Shown: piece by piece, positions 8,305 to 17,840 of the stretch
Layout: each line of letters starts with the position of its first letter
Numbering within the stretch: the stretch's first letter is position 1
Assembly (NCBI GenBank): GCA_002309075.1
Contig: DBWP01000015.1
Span: 1,612 to 65,611, forward strand
Direction of reading: 5' to 3'
Length of the DNA: 64,000 nt
DNA from: Candidatus Saccharibacteria bacterium UBA1235
GTDB lineage: Bacteria; Patescibacteriota; Saccharimonadia; Saccharimonadales; Saccharimonadaceae
Notes under the pieces: generated by a model
The model's database searches: none
What the model was told of the DNA's origin: nothing
Seen by the model: the letters and a program-made list of their open reading frames with translations, nothing else
Translations under genes and position numbers: made by a program

Positions 8305-9267
8305 TCAATTTAGAGAAAACCAATCCAAAACTTTAAAATCACCGTCTACGTCCGCCACCGCAAGCTCTGGATTATATATATTGTAAGAATTCTTGTATTT
8401 TAAAAAACTTTCCGCTGCAAAACGCATTTTCTGAAGTTTTCTAGCATCAATCGCCACAAGTCCTCCACCAAATTCTCGATTCGTTCTAGTTTTTACTTCC
8501 GTAAAATACATTTTATCTTCAAAAACGGAAATTATATCAATTTCATAAAACTTCGTTTTAAAATTTCGCGCAACAATCTCATGTCCTAAACCCTCTAAAT
8601 ATTTACAAACCGCATCTTCGCCCTTTTTTCCAACCGAAGTAGTATCTTTTTTATTAATCACCCCGTCCCCATTCCGATCAAACCCAACCATACTTTTAAT
8701 CGGTTCAAAACTTTTTCGATGCTCCGGGCAAATTCCAATTTCAGAAATCGCCTTAAGATGCGCCGCCGTCCCATATCCCACATTTTTTTCAAACCCATAA
8801 CCCGGAAACTTGTTCGCTAGCTCCTTCATATAATTATCTCTTGCGACTTTCGCAATAATCGACGCCGCCGAAACCTCTTTAATTAAATCATCCGCTTTCA
8901 CGGCCGTCGAAACAAATTTAGAAAGCGCCGTTCCTTCCAAAAAATTCACCTTCCCATCAATCACAATCTGCGTAAACTTAAAGTGTCGTTTTTGCGCAGC
9001 CTCTACAGCTCGTCTAGTTGCTAGTCGAAGCGCCTCCGAAATCCCAACAGAATCTAGCTCTTCCGGAAAAACCCAACCAAGTCCATAGGCCGGCGCTTCC
9101 GCCAAAATCACTTCAGATAAACTCTCGCGTTTTTTTGCTGATAATTTTTTCGAATCTTTTAGATCAAAAACCCATTCTGGTTTTTCTTCTGGTAAAACTA
9201 CCGCACCAACAACAAGCGGACCCGCTAGGGGTCCGCGTCCAACTTCATCTATTCCTAAAATCGCCAT
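8305..9267 (-). CDS. rnhB: Ribonuclease HII fused to a C-terminal YraN (UPF0102) nuclease-like domain
   Basis: GIDEVGRGPLAGP, DSKKL, DG, SAASIIAKVARD; then GEDAVCKYL..G.EIVARN...EIDII...FTEVKTR. Confidence 0.92.
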   Translation of the reverse strand: MAILGIDEVGRGPLAGPLVVGAVVLPEEKPEWVFDLKDSKKLSAKKRESLSEVILAEAPAYGLGWVFPEELDSVGISEALRLATRRAVEAAQKRHFKFTQIVIDGKVNFLEGTALSKFVSTAVKADDLIKEVSAASIIAKVARDNYMKELANKFPGYGFEKNVGYGTAAHLKAISEIGICPEHRKSFEPIKSMVGFDRNGDGVINKKDTTSVGKKGEDAVCKYLEGLGHEIVARNFKTKFYEIDIISVFEDKMYFTEVKTRTNREFGGGLVAIDARKLQKMRFAAESFLKYKNSYNIYNPELAVADVDGDFKVLDWFSLN

Positions 9268-9761
9268 TAAGCTTCGGTTTTCTCTTCAGCTGCAGTTTCT
9301 TCTGGTTTTACTTCCTCAACTGGAGCTTCTTCAACTACTTCAACTTCTTTAACTTCTTCAACTGGAGCAGCTTCTTCAACAACTTCTACATTATTTACAG
9401 CTACGCGATCAAAGTCACGACCAGCAAGTCTTGCCGACTTACCAGAGCGGTTGCGAAGATAAGACAAATTATTGCGGCGAACTTTCGAACGCTTTGTAAT
9501 TTCAATCTTCTCAACGAGTGGTGAATGAATGAGATAAGATTTCTCAACACCAACACCTGAAGTTACTTTGCGTACTACAATTCTCGCAGTATGAGACTCT
9601 TTGCGATCTACGCGGATAACCACGCCTTCAAAAGTCTGCAAACGGAACTTCTCACCTTCTTTAATTTTCTGAGTGACTTTCACGGTATCACCAGAACGCA
9701 CATCAACAACTGCCTTTTTCTTCTGCGCGTCACCGATTTGTTTTAGAATCGAAAAACTCAT
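9267..9761 (-). CDS. rplS: 50S ribosomal protein L19 with acidic tail
   Basis: GDTVKV..KIKEG.K.RLQTFEGVVI, VRRNNLSYLR. Confidence 0.98.
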   Translation of the reverse strand: MSFSILKQIGDAQKKKAVVDVRSGDTVKVTQKIKEGEKFRLQTFEGVVIRVDRKESHTARIVVRKVTSGVGVEKSYLIHSPLVEKIEITKRSKVRRNNLSYLRNRSGKSARLAGRDFDRVAVNNVEVVEEAAPVEEVKEVEVVEEAPVEEVKPEETAAEEKTEA

Positions 9762-9829
9762 ATTATCCTTTTTTATTACACAATTATCTGTAATTATACC
9801 ACGCTTATCTTACTTTATCAAGTAGATTT

Positions 9830-10408
9830 TTAATTTTTCAAAGCAAGTCGCACGCGTTCTTCAATTGGCAAGTTTTTATCAACTCCTTCAAGCGCCGCTG
9901 TAGCTTCCTTTAAAGGAAAACCAAGCGCAATTAACGCTTCTAGTGCCTCGTCAGCTTCTTTTTCCTCTCCCTTAAATTTCACTTCCGTCGCCCCATATTT
10001 CGATGGAATTCCAACTTTATCACGAAGATCCACGATCACTCGCTCGGCTGACTTTTTGCCAACTCCCGAAGCCTTAGAAATAAACGCAACGTCTCCATTT
10101 GCAATCGCATTCCGAACTTCTTCTGCTTCTGCCAAAGACAAAATAGAAACTCCAGCTTTTGGTCCAATTCCCTGTACAGAAATTAAAAGTTCGAAAATCT
10201 TTTTTGCCGTAAGCGAAGAAAAACCATATAATTCTTCCGAATTTTCCCTAACCGCATGATACGTAAAAAATTTCCGTTCCTCATTTAAGACCACATTTTC
10301 AAAATCTGGCGTTGGCACCATAAGTTCATACCCAACACCATTAACATCTATAATAATTCCGTTTGACCCAAATTTCTCCGAAATCACTCCATAAAGATGT
10401 GCAATCAT
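9830..10408 (-). CDS. ruvA: Holliday junction branch migration protein RuvA
   Basis: DVNGVGYE, LYGF, LISVQGIGPK, GVGKKSAERVIVDLRDK. Confidence 0.97.
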   Translation of the reverse strand: MIAHLYGVISEKFGSNGIIIDVNGVGYELMVPTPDFENVVLNEERKFFTYHAVRENSEELYGFSSLTAKKIFELLISVQGIGPKAGVSILSLAEAEEVRNAIANGDVAFISKASGVGKKSAERVIVDLRDKVGIPSKYGATEVKFKGEEKEADEALEALIALGFPLKEATAALEGVDKNLPIEERVRLALKN

Positions 10409-10929
10409 TTTTTCTCCTTTCTCGAATTAGAAAATTTATATTCGTCATTCTTTCCTGCTAGATACATAAAACTACAAGTAATCGCCGCCGCAAGCGCATC
10501 TGCCGCATCGTCCGGTTTTGGTTTTTTCTCCAAACCAAGGTGCATTCTCACCATTTCCGAAATTTGCGTCTTAGTCGCTGCACCATAACCCGTCAAACTC
10601 TTTTTGATTTCATTTGGCGTATATTCATAAACTGGTAATTTATTTTGCGCCGCAACTAAAAGTATAATTCCTCTCGCTTCCGCCACCGCAATTCCCGTTG
10701 TGATATTTTTCGCAAAAAACAATTTCTCAATCGCAACAATTTCCGGCTTCGTTTGCTCGAAGACTTCTTTAATTGAATCATAAAGTTCTAAAAGCCGCGA
10801 AGGTAAATTCAAATCAACCGTTGTCGTTACAACTCCAAAATCCAAAGCCTTTGCGCCCGCTCGCGAACTAGTTTCAATCAACCCAAATCCGCAACGCCCA
10901 AGTCCCGGATCAATCCCTAAAATTCTCAT
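10405..10929 (-). CDS. ruvC: Crossover junction endodeoxyribonuclease RuvC
   Basis: ILGIDPG, AIEKLFF, EARG, GYG.A.K.Q, DDAADALA. Confidence 0.97.
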   Translation of the reverse strand: MRILGIDPGLGRCGFGLIETSSRAGAKALDFGVVTTTVDLNLPSRLLELYDSIKEVFEQTKPEIVAIEKLFFAKNITTGIAVAEARGIILLVAAQNKLPVYEYTPNEIKKSLTGYGAATKTQISEMVRMHLGLEKKPKPDDAADALAAAITCSFMYLAGKNDEYKFSNSRKEKK

Positions 10930-12275
10930 TTCACATACCTAATTAAAGTTTCGCGAAGATCCTTAACTGGAATTACAAACTTATCGTGAATTGTCGAAGG
11001 CCCAATCGCATGAGAAAACCCAAGTTTCTTCGCTTCAGCAATTCTCTGATCCGCTCGAAACGCCGACCGAATTTCGCCACCAAGCCCCACTTCGCCAAAG
11101 ACAACATATTCTTCTCCAAGTTTTCGCCCTGCTACCGCCGACGCAATCGCCATACAAATCGCAAGATCCGCCGCCGAATCACTAAGTTTAATCCCACCAA
11201 CTACATTAATAAAAATGTCTTTATCCGATAATTTTAATTTTGTACGTCGCTCTAAAACCGCAATTAAAAGATTTAAACGATTCAAATCAAAACCGCTCGC
11301 CGTACGTTTTGGATAACCAAAATTTGAAGGTGTTGCAAGCGCTTGAATTTCTACCAAAATTGGGCGATTTCCTTCAAGCGTCGCTAAAATAACCGACCCG
11401 TCAGTATTAGTTCTTTCAGCAAGAAGCGCTGCCGACGGATTTTGCACCTCACGAAGACCCGACTCAATCATTTCAAAAATCGCAACTTCATTTGTCGATC
11501 CAAAACGGTTTTTAACCGCCCGAACCGTTTTAAAGCCACCATATCTATCGCCTTCAAAATTCAAGACTACATCAACTAAATGTTCCAAAACTTTTGGCCC
11601 TGCTAAAGTCCCGTCTTTCGTTACGTGTCCAACAATCACAACCGCCGTATCCGTCGCCTTTGCCGCACGAATAATTAAATTCCCACAGTTAGTTACTTGC
11701 GAAACCGTCCCCGGCGCACTAGAAATTTCATCCATCATAAGCGTCTGAATAGAGTCCACAATCACAAGATCAAATTCTCCCGATTCAATTGTCTTTGCGA
11801 TATCATTCCCCGAAGTTGACGCCGCAAAATTTAACCTTTCAGAATTTGCACCAAGCCTTTCAGCCCGAAGTTTAACCTGCCCCGCACTCTCCTCGCCTGA
11901 AATATATAAAACATCATGATTTTTAGAAATTTCCGCACAAATTTGCATGAGAAGCGTAGATTTTCCAATTCCAGGTTGCCCAGCAAGAAGCGACACCGAA
12001 CCCATTAGAATTCCGCCACCAAGCACTATATTCAAATCAGGAAACTCCGTCAAAAGTCTCGCTTTCGAATCACTCGGCACAATCGTTTTTAATTTCACAA
12101 AATCTAATTTTTTACCAGAAGCCTGGCCTTTAGAAATCGCCGATTTCCCGCCGCTAGAAGATTCGCTGACTTGTTCAACCAAAGAGTTCCAAGCGTTACA
12201 GTTCGTGCATTGCCCCATCCACTTCGCATAAACCGCCCCACACTGCTGACAGACAAACTGACTCCGATTCTTCAT
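10926..12275 (-). CDS. radA: DNA repair protein RadA/Sms
   Basis: CQQC..W.GQC..C zinc finger, GQPGIGKSTL, KNRFG, Lon-like C-terminal domain. Confidence 0.98.
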   Translation of the reverse strand: MKNRSQFVCQQCGAVYAKWMGQCTNCNAWNSLVEQVSESSSGGKSAISKGQASGKKLDFVKLKTIVPSDSKARLLTEFPDLNIVLGGGILMGSVSLLAGQPGIGKSTLLMQICAEISKNHDVLYISGEESAGQVKLRAERLGANSERLNFAASTSGNDIAKTIESGEFDLVIVDSIQTLMMDEISSAPGTVSQVTNCGNLIIRAAKATDTAVVIVGHVTKDGTLAGPKVLEHLVDVVLNFEGDRYGGFKTVRAVKNRFGSTNEVAIFEMIESGLREVQNPSAALLAERTNTDGSVILATLEGNRPILVEIQALATPSNFGYPKRTASGFDLNRLNLLIAVLERRTKLKLSDKDIFINVVGGIKLSDSAADLAICMAIASAVAGRKLGEEYVVFGEVGLGGEIRSAFRADQRIAEAKKLGFSHAIGPSTIHDKFVIPVKDLRETLIRYVK

Positions 12276-12297
12276 ACAAACATTATATCACAAACCT

Positions 12298-15200
12298 CTA
12301 ATACCGAGGCGCAATCTCATGTTGGTAAACAGTTTTTAATGTCTTAAAGTCGTTTACGTTAGACATATTCTTACCCCAAACTATAGCCGAAGAATCATAA
12401 TTTACAACTTCTGCCGGAGTTCCGGATGCTCTACCAGCGCCCGCGCCATAAGTTCTATCAAACCTTATTCCTTCCGCAATTATCATACCATTGATAGTGA
12501 GTTGATTCGAAGAATTACAAGTATTCACCCAACCCTTCGCAATAATAATCGCATCAATTCTCGTAACATTACACCCTATATTAATAGCACCTTCCGAATA
12601 AATTACCATCTTTGGAATATCTTTTTGCGACGTATATGGACCATCCGCATAAACAATGTTTCCATTTATCGTGATATCACCCTTAGCCTTCATAACGCGG
12701 GTAGTTCCTCTCGCAACGTTTGTATTATTAATCGTAAGTGGACCCTCTTCTTTAGTAATTGTGACACCCGGCCTACCTTCCATCGTATCCCAATAACTAA
12801 TCAAAGCTTCTTGACCGTCTTTTATAACCGGAAGCCCTGCATTACCAGTACTATCTATGGTCGGACAAAGTGCTGGCGAATAGCTTGCAATGCTAAGCGG
12901 CACTCGCTTACAATAATTTAGATCTTTACTTCCACCCCAAGGCGAAGCAGCCAAGTCTCCAGTTGCTGCACCAGACGCTAACCCCGAGACAATTCCATTC
13001 GCAATTACTGCCTGTTCAACCCAAGAGCTAAACACTGTCGTATTAGCATTACCGCTCTCAACATAAGGATAAATGTCTCGCAAATTTCGTTTAGCCGCTA
13101 TCGACGTTGTAGTAGAAATCGCACCTTCTGAATAAACGCTCCCGCCCCAAACCTGGAAGCTCGGACGCTTTGTTACGACCTTGCAGCTCGGTTGCGAAAT
13201 GTACCAGTTTTTACTTCCAGCAGAACTCATATTCGTATCGCTTCCGCTCGTATACGGATAAACCGCAACCGCAACACAGAAATAATTTCCCGCTTCAGTA
13301 TCAAAAGCGTTATAACTATCAGAGAAATTAATAGTATCTATAATCCCGCTCATTTTACCGTCGCTATTAAGCTCTGTGTTGTTGAATCTATCTAATTCAC
13401 TACACTGACCATCTCTAACTGGCAACGCCGCACAAAGATCCGAGTTTAAGCTACCATATCCTTTTACTTCAGAGCCATAAGATGACGACGAAGTATAACC
13501 AATTAATCTCACTTTAGCATTATCAACTTGTGTTGCATAAGTATCCTCGGTCTCATTATTCCATTTAGGATTTACTGTTACGGTTGCTTTTCCAAGTTTT
13601 GCAATTTCCCCCGCAAAAACTGTCCCCGAAGAAAGGCTAACCGCCGCCGAGTTTATAAAGTTATAAGGAACATAGACGTAAGACGTAGCCTGGTCACCTG
13701 ACCCGGAACGCGTATTATTGTAGAAATTATTTAAGTGCGAACAGGTCTCATGACAACAGCTTCTACACTCCGAACAAGTGTCGCAGTTACACTTATGACA
13801 ATTTTTTCCTTCAGAATCACAGCATCTATCGCAATGACAACTATAATATCGAATACCACATTCGTCGCAATTTCTAGTATAACAATCACAGCTCCATCTA
13901 TGAATTCCTTCATTCTTCACAGACGCGCTCGTCGGTCCATATGAGTTAATCGTCTCGCTAAGCGTTTTCCCGGCTTGCCCTTCTCTCACGTTGCTAGTAT
14001 TTGGCACATATTGATACTCTGTAGCACCATCAGCAAAATTTCTATCCACCGAAAAAGGCTGAATCACATTTGAAGATCTAATTCTAAACCTATTTTGCCA
14101 ATCAGAATAATCTGCAAAAACTCCATTATTTAATGTGTCAGTAAAATTAGAATGATAATTGCTGTGGCTTCTATGTTTATTATTAATCGTTACATCCGAA
14201 AATGCGGCAAACTGCACCCCCGGGAAATAAGCGTTACACCAGTTTATTCGGTCGCCTGGCTTCGCATAAACCGTATTTTTATACTCGCTATTCGAATTAC
14301 TTACGCTCGCATTTCTCACCCGCGATTCAACCGACGTCGTTCCTGAACTTGCGTTCGATTGCTTATATGAAGTCGGAACAGGTATGGCATTTTCATCACA
14401 ATTCCGATCTATCGGATCCGGTCTGTTGCCGCCCCCCACCTGAACTACGACACAAGCTTTCGTCGTTAACTTATTATTAATTTTGACTTCCTCGCAGAAA
14501 TTATATTTTCCGTTAGTTGTAAAAGTTGTCTTATACTCGTCGCGTAAAACATAGTTAGCCCCGCCGTCTGTATATGGTCGACTAGTCGCAAGATACATAC
14601 TATTACTCTTATATGTAAACGCTGTCGAGCCGCCATTTAACCCAGTGCCACCAGTAAGCGGCGCGCTAAACTCTCGGTTCACCGTCCAGTTTATCTTATC
14701 CGTTATCTCGAAATTAGTATAAAAATTATGCGAAAAGACAATTGTAACTTGTTCCCCCGCATTAACGGTTAGTCCTTCCGCGGTGACACTTTTATTCTCA
14801 TTTACAATTCCGGTAGATATATATTTTTCTTCACTAGTCTCAGCGTTTATCGCCTTTGCGTTAGAAACCGAATAAAATATACTTGGATCCCAACAGAAAG
14901 CCCCAACGATATCCCAGCGAGTTTCCCAACCAGGGAAATATTTCGCCGCCCACATATTTTCACGTATCCACGTCTGCATTTCATCATATTTCATTCTCGC
15001 TTCTCTTTGAGAATACAAATACCCTTTTGGCGTTGTGTATGCCCGAACGGTTTGCTTATTCCCTGGATAAGCACCCTTAGCCTGATACCGATAACTACTA
15101 GTTATAGCATATTTTAAATTCTTATTTTTTTGAGTGGAAACTTGGTACCCCCAATATTTGCTGCCTCCATGCGCTTCAAACCCATAGTTATAGAGAGTCA

Positions 15201-15468
15201 TTCCTTTTTTACAACCTTTAATATAAACTGGGCGATTGCCCTGATTGGTATTCTTTGTGTAATGAAAAGTAACTCCGCCCGCAGGAAAATCCGCGGTCAC
15301 TTCATATTGTTGCCACGAAACGCCATAACAAGTATCCCAATTGCCCGTGCAGTTCCCACTCCCCGGATTTGTGCCGGGCGTAGCTCCGCCATCCGCAAAA
15401 ACCTGCGGCGCTAAAAACATCGCAGATAGTATAGAAATTAAAAATGTTAATATTATTTTCTTTTTCAT
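12298..15468 (-). CDS. Large secreted Cys-rich surface protein (1056 aa)
   Basis: Signal peptide; KRPSFQVWGGSV and C-terminal GDITINGNI...IDAIIIA...QLTINGMIIA block; 16-Cys insert. Confidence 0.75.
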   Translation of the reverse strand: MKKKIILTFLISILSAMFLAPQVFADGGATPGTNPGSGNCTGNWDTCYGVSWQQYEVTADFPAGGVTFHYTKNTNQGNRPVYIKGCKKGMTLYNYGFEAHGGSKYWGYQVSTQKNKNLKYAITSSYRYQAKGAYPGNKQTVRAYTTPKGYLYSQREARMKYDEMQTWIRENMWAAKYFPGWETRWDIVGAFCWDPSIFYSVSNAKAINAETSEEKYISTGIVNENKSVTAEGLTVNAGEQVTIVFSHNFYTNFEITDKINWTVNREFSAPLTGGTGLNGGSTAFTYKSNSMYLATSRPYTDGGANYVLRDEYKTTFTTNGKYNFCEEVKINNKLTTKACVVVQVGGGNRPDPIDRNCDENAIPVPTSYKQSNASSGTTSVESRVRNASVSNSNSEYKNTVYAKPGDRINWCNAYFPGVQFAAFSDVTINNKHRSHSNYHSNFTDTLNNGVFADYSDWQNRFRIRSSNVIQPFSVDRNFADGATEYQYVPNTSNVREGQAGKTLSETINSYGPTSASVKNEGIHRWSCDCYTRNCDECGIRYYSCHCDRCCDSEGKNCHKCNCDTCSECRSCCHETCSHLNNFYNNTRSGSGDQATSYVYVPYNFINSAAVSLSSGTVFAGEIAKLGKATVTVNPKWNNETEDTYATQVDNAKVRLIGYTSSSSYGSEVKGYGSLNSDLCAALPVRDGQCSELDRFNNTELNSDGKMSGIIDTINFSDSYNAFDTEAGNYFCVAVAVYPYTSGSDTNMSSAGSKNWYISQPSCKVVTKRPSFQVWGGSVYSEGAISTTTSIAAKRNLRDIYPYVESGNANTTVFSSWVEQAVIANGIVSGLASGAATGDLAASPWGGSKDLNYCKRVPLSIASYSPALCPTIDSTGNAGLPVIKDGQEALISYWDTMEGRPGVTITKEEGPLTINNTNVARGTTRVMKAKGDITINGNIVYADGPYTSQKDIPKMVIYSEGAINIGCNVTRIDAIIIAKGWVNTCNSSNQLTINGMIIAEGIRFDRTYGAGAGRASGTPAEVVNYDSSAIVWGKNMSNVNDFKTLKTVYQHEIAPRY

Positions 15469-15945
15469 CTAACCTCCTGCTGCGAAATCGCTATTTGCCG
15501 TCGCCTCGCCAATCATATTATTATACTTTTCGGCAAGTTCTTCGTTATTAATCGTATAAAAATAATCCCGAAGCGCCGCATAAAGTAATATTTTATACCC
15601 CGCGTCGAGCACCATATCGTCCGTCGTCAATAATTTATTTAGCCCCTCTTCGACTAAATCATGGTCCATCAAATATCGGCCATATTCCACTTTTGTTTGC
15701 TCGCGAATAAGTTCTGTCGCTGCATTTAAAATCGCATTTTCATATAAAAGTTTAGCCTCCTCGACCGGAAGCTCAGCCGCTTCCTCATTCAATTCTAATA
15801 ATGATTTTGTGTGCATACTCGGGTATGTAGACTGATCCTCATTATTTTTTACAACAACAACTGCAACTGTTAAAACCACCGCCAGTAAAACCAGCCCTCC
15901 TAAAATCCCCCACAAAAGCCTATTATTAGTATTACGCTCCGCCAT
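15469..15945 (-). CDS. Hypothetical single-TM helical protein
   Basis: N-terminal TM, helical remainder; TGCTATAAT upstream. Confidence 0.7.
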   Translation of the reverse strand: MAERNTNNRLLWGILGGLVLLAVVLTVAVVVVKNNEDQSTYPSMHTKSLLELNEEAAELPVEEAKLLYENAILNAATELIREQTKVEYGRYLMDHDLVEEGLNKLLTTDDMVLDAGYKILLYAALRDYFYTINNEELAEKYNNMIGEATANSDFAAGG

Positions 15946-15962
15946 TATGTTTCTATTATAGC

Positions 15963-15990
15963 AAAAAAGCTGGTGTTTAACCAGCTTTTT
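15963..15990. terminator. Intrinsic terminator downstream of the RCC1-SLH gene
   Basis: aaaaaagctgg...ccagcttttt. Confidence 0.75.
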
Positions 15991-16009
15991 GTTTGATTTA
16001 GGTTTTGTG

Positions 16010-17740
16010 CTATTCTAATGCATTAAGTGCGCGATAGACAATCAGGATAGTTTGCTCTGTGGTAAGCTCGGCATCAGGACTGAATTTATTATTTCCAGTT
16101 CCGTTAATAATGCCCATTTCTACTGGCCAGCCAAGTTCAGAATCTACCCAATGGGATGAGACATCGGTAAAGTTATGAGAATAACCTTCTGTGTCTATTC
16201 CAAGAACTTTAGCAGTTCGGTTAATGATAGCTGCAACTTGTGCGCGAGTCAGAGTTCCGTTTGGACTAAACTTATTGTTTCCAGTTCCATTAATGATACC
16301 AAGAGCATTAGCATAAAGAACATTTTTGTCAGATGTGTCCGAGAATACATCTTCGTTAATTTCTACGCCTTTCTCCTTCAGGATTTCATCAATAGGTGTA
16401 TCATAGGTTTCTTCAACCAAATTGATAAAAAGTTCAGCAACTTTGCCACGGGAAACTGGTTTTACGTAGTTTTTCTGCAAATTTTCTGGCACAATACCAG
16501 AAGAAACTGCAGCCTCTACTTCGGCCTTAGCCCAAGTGGATGGAATGTCCGGAACCGTAACGGAGCTTATTCCATCAGGAAAAGCGACATTATCCAGGAT
16601 TTTCACTGGCTTTAACTGTACATCGCCCTCCGAATTTCTCGAAGATCCGCCATCACCCTTTCCGCCATTCCCGACGTAGTCAACTTTTCCCCAACTATAC
16701 AAAGTGCCATCATTTTTAAGGACAACAGCTAAACAATCGCCAACACCAACAGCTTTGCAACCATCTAATTTTTTCATCGGAGTTCCAATGTCCCGACTAG
16801 AATCAGCGTCTACGATACAATAGTCATTACTACCCCACATCCAGAGCGAACCATCAGTTTTAATAACAGCCGTAGCGTCATCGCCACAACAAACAAAAGA
16901 TACGCCATCCATTAATTTTTCAGGAGCATCTAAGCGATAGATTTCGTCCGTACCAAAGCCAAGGCACCCACACATATTCCAGCCGCAAGTCCAGAGCGAA
17001 CCATCAGTTTTAATGACTGCATAATGGCTAGTGCCGCAACTTACTGAGGCTGCATTGTCCATAATCTTAACTGGCGTATATTGTTTATCGCCCCAATACC
17101 AAAGACTTTTGTCGCTCTTAATGGCTACCGTGAAATCAAATCCACAACTAACCGAGACTACATCATCCATAATTTTAACTGGTGTAGTCTGGATAGAATA
17201 AGGCCCATAAAAATTGTCTTCCTTAGTTCCATTCCCAGCACGATTATTACCGATCTGCCCATCCTGATTAGAACCAAACATCCATAGCGAACCGTCGGTT
17301 TTAATTACCGCCGTATGTGTTCCGCCAAGACTAACCGCAGCCACGTCATCCATTACTTTAGTTGGAGAAAAGACCTCAAAGCCACTCTTACCCATTCCTA
17401 ATTCGCCATCAGTATCGAATCCCCACATCCAAAGTGAATGGTCTTTCTTTATTGCTGCAGTTTGGTAATCAGAACAGCTTACAGAGAGTACTCCGTCCAT
17501 AATTTTTACAGGACTTTTTTGTAACCCCATAAACACACCACCGTACTTAGTATCATAACTTGGAGTCGTAAAACCTCCCCACATCCAGAGCGAACCGTCA
17601 TTTTTAACGACTGCTCCGCGGTTGCTCGCCGAACTCATCGTCGTGGCAAAGTTCAAATTACCAATACTACCAGCCATCGCCGACATCGGAAATGAAAAGC
17701 ACAAAGCTAAAACCAAAAAAATAGAGATTATCTTTTTCAT
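16010..17740 (-). CDS. Secreted RCC1/BLIP-II repeat protein with C-terminal S-layer homology (SLH) domains
   Basis: Repeated IK.DGSLW.WG units; C-terminal LGIINGTGNNKFSP...LTRAQ SLH motifs; AGGAGGAGG RBS. Confidence 0.85.
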   Translation of the reverse strand: MKKIISIFLVLALCFSFPMSAMAGSIGNLNFATTMSSASNRGAVVKNDGSLWMWGGFTTPSYDTKYGGVFMGLQKSPVKIMDGVLSVSCSDYQTAAIKKDHSLWMWGFDTDGELGMGKSGFEVFSPTKVMDDVAAVSLGGTHTAVIKTDGSLWMFGSNQDGQIGNNRAGNGTKEDNFYGPYSIQTTPVKIMDDVVSVSCGFDFTVAIKSDKSLWYWGDKQYTPVKIMDNAASVSCGTSHYAVIKTDGSLWTCGWNMCGCLGFGTDEIYRLDAPEKLMDGVSFVCCGDDATAVIKTDGSLWMWGSNDYCIVDADSSRDIGTPMKKLDGCKAVGVGDCLAVVLKNDGTLYSWGKVDYVGNGGKGDGGSSRNSEGDVQLKPVKILDNVAFPDGISSVTVPDIPSTWAKAEVEAAVSSGIVPENLQKNYVKPVSRGKVAELFINLVEETYDTPIDEILKEKGVEINEDVFSDTSDKNVLYANALGIINGTGNNKFSPNGTLTRAQVAAIINRTAKVLGIDTEGYSHNFTDVSSHWVDSELGWPVEMGIINGTGNNKFSPDAELTTEQTILIVYRALNALE

Positions 17741-17803
17741 CGTAAAACCTCCTCCTAAATCTTAAAAAACTTAGCAGAGCCCCCATTGACTACTACTTCT
17801 TTT

Positions 17804-17833
17804 ATTATAGCACAAAATGCCAAAAAAAGCAAG
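17804..17833 (-). promoter_or_regulatory. Promoter TTGCTT-N17-TATAAT for the RCC1-SLH gene
   Basis: Minus strand reads cttgctttttttggcattttgtgctataat. Confidence 0.7.
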
Positions 17834-17840
17834 AGCTTTT

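Noticed and set aside
9018-9524. 168-aa plus-strand ORF
   Set aside because: Antisense to rnhB and rplS, with low-complexity F/N content mirroring the L19 acidic tail.
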